From the NCBI RefSeq assembly GCF_009914755.1, contig NC_060933.1: DNA of 64,000 nucleotides; one strand, written 5' to 3'. Both the position numbers and the translations under genes were made by a program. The notes beneath the pieces are model-generated. The model was not told the DNA's origin and ran no database searches. It was given only the letters and a program-made list of their open reading frames with translations. The stretch is from the human T2T-CHM13v2.0 reference genome, Homo sapiens. This document shows positions 57,201 to 64,000 of this stretch, piece by piece (positions within the stretch are counted from its first letter, which is position 1; each line of letters begins with the position of its first letter).

Positions 57201-60200
57201 TGGAATGGAATGGAATGCAATGGAATGGAATCTTCCGGAATGGAATGGAATGGAATGGAATGGAATGAAATGCAATGGGTTCAACTCGATTGCAATGGAA
57301 TGGAATAGAATGGAATGGAATGGAATGGAATGGAATGGAATTAACCCGCATAGAATGGAATGGAATGGAATGGAATGGAATGGAATTAATTCGAATCGAA
57401 TGGAATGGAATGGAATGGAATGGAATCAACTCGATTGCAATCGAATGGAATGGAATGGAATTAACCCGAATGGAATGGAATGGAATGGAATGGAACGGAA
57501 CGGAATGGAATGGAATGGAATGGAATGGAACAGAAAGGAAGGGAATGGAATGGAATAGAATGGAATGGAATGGAATCAACGCGAGTGCAGGGGAATGGAA
57601 TGGAATGGAATGCAATGGAATGGAATCTTCCGGAATGGAATGGAATGGAATGGAATGGAATGGAATCAACCCGAGTGCAATGGAATGGAGTGGAATGGAA
57701 TGGAATGGAATGGAACAACCCGAATGGAATGGAATGTAATGGAGAGTAAGGGAGTTGAATAGAATCAATCCGAATGTAATGGAATGGAATGGAACGGAAT
57801 GTAATTGAATGGAATGGAATGGAATGCAATGGAATCGAATCAACCCGAGTGCAATGGAATGGAGAGGAATGGAATGGAATGGAATGGAAACTACCCGAAT
57901 GGAATGGAATGTAATGGAGTGTAAGGGAATTGAATAGAATCAATCCGAATGTAATGGAATGGAATGGAACGGAATGGAATGGAATGGAATGGAATGGAAT
58001 GGAATGGAATGGAATGCAATGGAATGGAATCAACCCGAGTGCAATCGAATGGAATCGAATGGAATGGAATGCAATGGAATGGATTCAACTTGAATGGAAT
58101 GGAAAGAATGGAATCAACACGAGTGGAATGGCATGGATTGGAATGAAATGGAATGGAATCAACCCGAGTACAGGGGAATGGAATGGAATGGAATGCAATG
58201 GAATGGAATCATCCGTAATGGAATGGAAAGGAATGGAATGGAAAGGAATCAACTCGATTGCAATAGAATGGAATGGAATGGAATTAACCCGAATAGAATG
58301 GAATGGAATGGAATGGAACGGAATGGAACAGAATATAATGGTACGGAATAGAATGGAATGGAACGAATTGTAATGGAATGGAATTGAATGGAATGGAATG
58401 GAATGGAATGGAATCAACGCGAGTGCAGGGGAATGTAATGGAACGGAATGCAATGGAATGGAATCATCCGGAATGGAATGGAATGGAATGGAATGGAATG
58501 GAATCAACCCGAGTGCAATGGAATGGAGTGGAATGGAATTGAATGGAATGGAACAACCCGAATGGAATGGAATGTATTGGAGAGTAAGGGAGTTGAATAG
58601 AATCAATCCGAATGTAATGGAATGGAATGCAACGGAATGGAATTGAATGGAATGGAATGGAATGTAATGGAATTGAATCAACCCGAGTACAATGGAATGG
58701 AATGGAATGGAATGGAATGGAATGGAATGGAATGGAATGGAATGATACGGAATAGAATGGAATGGAACGAAATGGAATGGAATGGAATGGAATGGAATGG
58801 AATGGAATCGTTCTGAGTGGAATAGGAGGGAATGTATTCGAGTGGAATGGAAAGGAATGGAAAAATCCTGAGTGGAATGGAAGGGAATGGAATGGAATAG
58901 AAACTAATAGAATGGAATCAACCCGAGAGGAATGGAATGGAAAGGACTGGAATGGAATGGAATGGAATGGAATCAACTCGATTGTAATGGAATTGAATGG
59001 AATGGAATGGAATGGAATGGAATTAACCCGAATAGAATGGAATGGAATGGAATGGAACGGAATGGAACGGAATGGAATGGAATGGAATGGAATGGAATGG
59101 AAAGGTATGGAATGGAATGGAATGGTAAGGAATAGAATGGAATGGAAAGAATTGTAATGGAATGGAATTGAATGGAATGGAATGGAATGGAATGGAATCA
59201 ACGCGAGTGCAGGGGAATGTAACGGAACGGAATGCAATGGAATGGAATCATCCGGAATGGAATGGAATGGAATGGAATGGAATGGAATGGAATCAACCCG
59301 AGTGCAATGGAATGGAGTGGAATGGAATGGAATGGAATGGAACAACCCGAATGGAATGGAATGTAATGGAGAGTAAGGGAGTTGAATAGAATCAATCGGA
59401 ATGTAATGGAATGGAATGCAACGGAATGGAATGGAATGGAATGGAATGGAATGGAATGGAATGCAATGGAATTGAATCAACCCGAGTGCAATAGAATGGA
59501 ATCGAAAGGAATGGAATGCAATGGAATGGATTCAACTTGAATGGAATGGAAAGAATGGAATCAACACGAGTGGAATGGCATGGATTGGAATGGAATGGAA
59601 TGGAATCAACCCGAGTACAGGGGAATGGAATGGAATGGAATGCAATGGAATGGAATCATCCGTAATGGAATGGAAAAGAATGGAATGGAATGGAATGGAA
59701 TGGAATGGAATGGAATGGAATCAAACTCGATTGCAATCGAATGGAATGGAATGGAATTAACCCGAATAGAATGGAATGGAATGGAATGGAATGGAACGGA
59801 ACGGAATGGAATGGAATTGAATGGAATGGAACGGAACGGAATGGAATGGAATGGAATGGAATGGAATGGAATCAACGCGAGTGCAGGGGAATGGAATGGA
59901 ATGGAATGCAATGGAATGGAATCTTCCGGAATGGAATGGAATGGAATGAAATGCAATGGATTCAACTCGATTGCAATGGAATGGAATAGAATGGAATGGA
60001 ATGGAATGGAATGGAATTAATCCGAATAGAATGGAATGGAATGGAATGGAACGGAATGGAACGGAATGGAATGGAATGGAATGGAATGGAATGGAATGGT
60101 ATGGAATGGAATGGAATGGTATGGAATAGAATGGAATGGAACGAATTGTAATGGAATGGAATTGAATGGAATGGAATGGAATGGATTGGAATCAACGCGA

Positions 60201-62329
60201 GTGCAGGGGAATGTAATGGAACGGAATGCAATGGAATGTAATCATCCGGAATGGAATGGAATGGAATGGAATGGAATGGAATGGAATCAACCCGAGTGCA
60301 ATGGAATGTAATGGAGAGTAAGGGAGTTGAATAGAATCAATCCGAATGTAATGGAATGGAATGCAACGGAATGGAATGGAATGGAATGGAATGGAATGGA
60401 ATGCAATGGAATTGAATCAACCCGAGTACAATGGAATGGAATGGAATGGAATGGAATGGAATGGAATGGAATGATACGGAATAGAATGGAATGGAACGAA
60501 ATGGAATGGAATGGAATGGAATGGAATGGAATGGAATTGAATGGAATGGAATGGAATCGCTCCGAATGGAATAGGAGGGAATGTATTCGAGTGGAATGGA
60601 AAGGAATGGTATCAACCAGAGTGGAATGGAAGGGAATGGAATGGAATGGAAACTAATAGAATGGAATCAACCCGAGTGGAATGGAATGGAAAGGACTGGA
60701 ATGGAATGGAATGGAATGGAATCAACTCGATTGTAATGGAATGGAATGGAATGGAATGGAATGGAATTAACCCGAATACAATGGAATGGAATGGAATGGA
60801 ACGGAATGGAGTGGAATGGAATGGAATGAACCCGAGTGCAGGGGAATGGAATGGAATGGAATGCAATGGAATGGAATCATCCGGAATGGAATGGAATGGA
60901 ATGGAATGCAAAGCAATGGAATCAACTCGATTGCAATGGAATGGAATGGAATGGAAAGGAATACATTGGAATCAACCCGAGTGGAATGGAATGGAAAGGA
61001 CTGGAATGGAGTGGAATGGAATGGAATGGAATGGAATGGAATCAACTCGATTGGAATGGAATGGAATGGAATGGAATGGAATTAACCCGAATAGAATGGA
61101 ATGGAATGGAATGGAACGGAACGGAACGGAATGGAATGGAATGGAATGGAATGGAATGGAATGGAATGGAATGGAATGGAATCAACCCGACTGCAGGGGA
61201 ATGGAATGGAATGGAATGCAATGGAATGGAATCTTCCGGAATGGAATGGAATGGAATGGAATGGAATGAAATGCAATGGGTTCAACTCGATTGCAATGGA
61301 ATGGAATAGAATGGAATGGAATGGAATGGAATGGAATGGAATTAACCCGCATAGAATGGAATGGAATGGAATGGAATGGAATGGAATTAATTCGAATCGA
61401 ATGGAATGGAATGGAATGGAATGGAATCAACTCGATTGCAATCGAATGGAATGAAATGGAATTAACCCGAATGGAATGGAATGGAATGGAATGGAACGGA
61501 ACGGAATGGAATGGAATGGAATGGAATGGAACGGAAAGGAAGGGAATGGAATGGAATAGAATGGAATGGAATGGAATCAACGCGAGTGCAGGGGAATGGA
61601 ATGGAATGGAATGCAATGGAATGGAATCTTCCGGAATGGAATGGAATGGAATGGAATGGAATGGAATGGAATCAACCCGAGTGCAATGGAATGGAGTGGA
61701 ATGGAATGGAATGGAATGGAACAACCCGAATGGAATGGAATGTAATGGAGAGTAAGGGAGTTGAATAGAATCAATCCGAATGTAATGGAATGGAATGGAA
61801 CGGAATGTAATTGAATGGAATGGAATGGAATGCAATGGAATCGAATCAACCCGAGTGCAATGGAATGGAGAGGAATGGAATGGAATGGAATGGAAACTAC
61901 CCGAATGGAATGGAATGTAATGGAGTGTAAGGGAATTGAATAGAATCAATCCGAATGTAATGGAATGGAATGGAACGGAATGGAATGGAATGGAATGGAA
62001 TGGAATGGAATGGAATGGAATGCAATGGAATGGAATCAACCCGAGTGCAATCGAATGGAATCGAATGGAATGGAATGCAATGGAATGGATTCAACTTGAA
62101 TGGAATGGAAAGAATGGAATCAACACGAGTGGAATGGCATGGATTGGAATGAAATGGAATGGAATCAACCCGAGTACAGGGGAATGGAATGGAATGGAAT
62201 GCAATGGAATGGAATCATCCGTAATGGAATGGAAAGGAATGGAATGGAAAGGAATCAACTCGATTGCAATAGAATGGAATGGAATGGAATTAACCCGAAT
62301 AGAATGGAATGGAATGGAATGGAACGGAA
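54259..62329 (+). repeat. ~4.0-kb tandem duplication (54259-58289 and 58290-62329)
   Basis: ORF offsets 54591/58622 (4031), 55485/59521 (4036), 56545/60541 (3996) and 57930/61936 (4006). Private markers ACAGAATATAATGGTAC, AAAAATCCTGAG, TCAAACTCG and TCGCTCCGAAT each occur in both copies. Confidence 0.92.
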
Positions 62330-64000
62330 CGGAATGGAATGGAATGGAATGGAATGGAATGGAACGGAATGGAATGGAATGGAATGGAATGGAATGGAAT
62401 CAACGCGAGTGCAGGGGAATGGAATGGAATGGAATGCAATGGAATGGGATCTTCCGGAATGGAATGGAATGGAATGGAATGAAATGCAATGGATTCAACT
62501 CGATTGCAATGGAATGGAATAGAATGGAATGGAATGGAGTGGAATGGAATTAATCCGAATAGAATGGAATGGAATGGAATGGAACGGAATGGAACGGAAT
62601 GGAATGGAATGGAATGGGATGGAATGGTATGGAATGGAATGGAATGGTACGGAATAGAATGGAATGGAACGAATTGTAATGGAATGGAATTGAATGGAAT
62701 GGAATGGAATCAACGCGAGTGCAGGGGAATGTAATGGAACGGAATGCAATGGAATGGAATCATCCGGAATGGAATGGAATGGAGTGGAATGGAATGGAAT
62801 GGAATGGAATGGAATCAACCCGAGTGCAATGGAATGGAGTGGAATGGAATGGAATGGAATGGAACAACCCGAATGGAGTGGAATGTAACGGAGAGTAAGG
62901 GAGTTGAATAGAATCAATCCGAATGTAATGGAATGGAATGCAACGGAATGGAATGGAATGGAATGGAATGGAATGCAATGGAATTGAATCAACCCGAGTA
63001 CAAAGGAATGGAATGGAATGGAATGGAATGGAATGGAATGGAATGGAATGATACGGAATAGAATGGAATGGAATGGAATGGAATGGAATGGAATGGAATG
63101 GAATCGTTCCGAGTGGAATAGGAGGGAATGTGTTCGAGTGGAATGGAAAGGAATGGTATCAACCAGAGTGGAATGGAAGGGAATGGAATGGAATGGAAAC
63201 TAATAGAATGGAATCAACCCGAGTGGAATGGAATGGAAAGGACTGGAATGGAATGGAATGGAATGGAATCAACTCGATTGTAATGGAATGGAATGGAATG
63301 GAATGGAATGGAATGGAATGGAATTAACCCGAATACAATGGAATGGAATGGAATGGAACGGAATGGAGTGGAATGGAATGGAATCATCCCGAGTGCAGGG
63401 GAATGGAATGGAATGGAATGCAATGGAATGGAATCACCCGGAATGGAATGGAATGGAATGGAATGCAAAGCAATGGAATCAACTCGAATGCAATGGAATG
63501 GAATGGAATGGAAAGGAATACATTGGAATCAACGCGAGTGGAATGGAATGGAAAGGACTGGATTGGAGTGGAATGGAATGGAATGGAATGGAATGGAATC
63601 AACTCGATTGGAATGGAATGGAATGGAATGGAATTAACCCGAATAGAATGGAATGGAATGGAATGGAACGGAACGGAATGGAATGGAATGGAATGGAATG
63701 GAATTGAATGGAATGGAATGGATTCAACCCGACTGCAGGGTAATGGAATGGAATGGAATGCAATGGAATGGATTCAACTTGAATGGAATGGAAAGAATGG
63801 AATCAACACGAGTGGAATGGCATGGATTGGAATGGAATGGAATGGAATCAACCCGAGTACAGGGGAATGGAATGGAATGGAATGCAATGGAATGGAATCA
63901 TCCGTAATGGAATGGAAAGGAATGGAATGGAATGGAATAGAATGGAATGGAATCAACTCGATTGCAATCGAATGGAATGGAATGGAATTAACCCGAATAG

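Larger units (their letters stand above)
1..64000 (+). repeat. Human Satellite III (HSat3) (GGAAT)n/(CATTC)n pericentromeric array, single orientation throughout
   Basis: Seen: the GGAAT pentamer dominates every line, with variants GCAAT, GTAAT, GGAAC, GGAGT, AGAAT and CGAAT. Interspersed spacers are CAACCCGAGT, CAACTCGATT, CAACGCGAGT and TTAACCCGAAT. Established: (ATTCC)n plus the A(C/T)TCGGGTTG decamer defines Satellite III. The CATTCGATTC-type periodicity of HSat2 is absent. Confidence 0.98.
1..64000 (+). ncRNA. Potential template for stress-induced SatIII (HSATIII) lncRNA; the G-rich + strand is the sense strand; boundaries undefined
   Basis: Established: G-rich GGAAU SatIII RNAs are HSF1-induced from HSat3 (mainly 9q12) and scaffold nuclear stress bodies. 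The sequence alone cannot show that this window is transcribed. Confidence 0.35.

Noticed and set aside
260-63956. Hundreds of ORFs (up to 533 aa) with MEWNG or FHSIP repeats as protein-coding genes
   Set aside because: GGAAT and ATTCC repeats have no stop codon in any frame, so long overlapping ORFs in all six frames are expected. There are no domains, no codon-position bias and no gene structure.
1-64000. CRISPR-like repeat/spacer array or other prokaryotic system
   Set aside because: The 'spacers' are themselves recurrent pentamer-derived variants, not unique sequences. There is no constant 23-50-bp direct repeat, leader or cas gene.
1-64000. Alu/L1/ERV insertion, alpha satellite, HSat2 block, or strand inversion
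   Set aside because: I saw no non-pentameric stretch longer than about 35 bp, no poly(A) tail or target-site duplication, and no switch to CATTC on the + strand.
1-64000. EWS-FLI1 GGAA-microsatellite enhancer or G-quadruplex array
   Set aside because: The repeat is the pentamer GGAAT, not tandem (GGAA)n. G-tracts are mostly GG, with isolated GGG/GGGG too far apart for canonical three-tier G4s.

Overview
The whole 64 kb window is one uninterrupted block of human (great-ape-type) Satellite III (HSat3). It consists of (GGAAT)n on the + strand, (CATTC)n on the - strand, punctuated by the classic CAACCCGAGT/CAACTCGATT/CAACGCGAGT decamer-type spacers. Recurring spacer modules match what I recall as the pHuR98 SatIII sequence (AATCAACCCGAGTGCAATCGAATGGAATCG...CGAGTACAGG), so the 9q12 pericentromeric array is the most likely origin. 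That assignment is from recall and was not verified. I see no genes, transposon insertions, inversions or other satellite families, and every listed ORF is a by-product of a stop-free pentamer (MEWNG/FHSIP). I cannot support a new protein-coding system. The informative content is architectural and cis-regulatory: (1) a 23.85-kb tandem duplication (12828-29763 / 29764-53637) whose left copy lacks 6,826 bp, with both breakpoints resolvable to about 20 bp; (2) a stepwise ~3.4-kb tandem expansion (~3.1-12.6 kb) and a ~4.0-kb tandem duplication (54.3-62.3 kb); (3) about 39 perfect three-unit heat-shock elements (gGAAtcTTCcgGAAt) at one fixed spacer module; (4) about 37 copies of a perfect 14-bp palindrome, TCGATTGCAATCGA, in an otherwise strand-asymmetric array. 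Counts and coordinates were read by eye, and offsets were cross-checked against the supplied ORF track.
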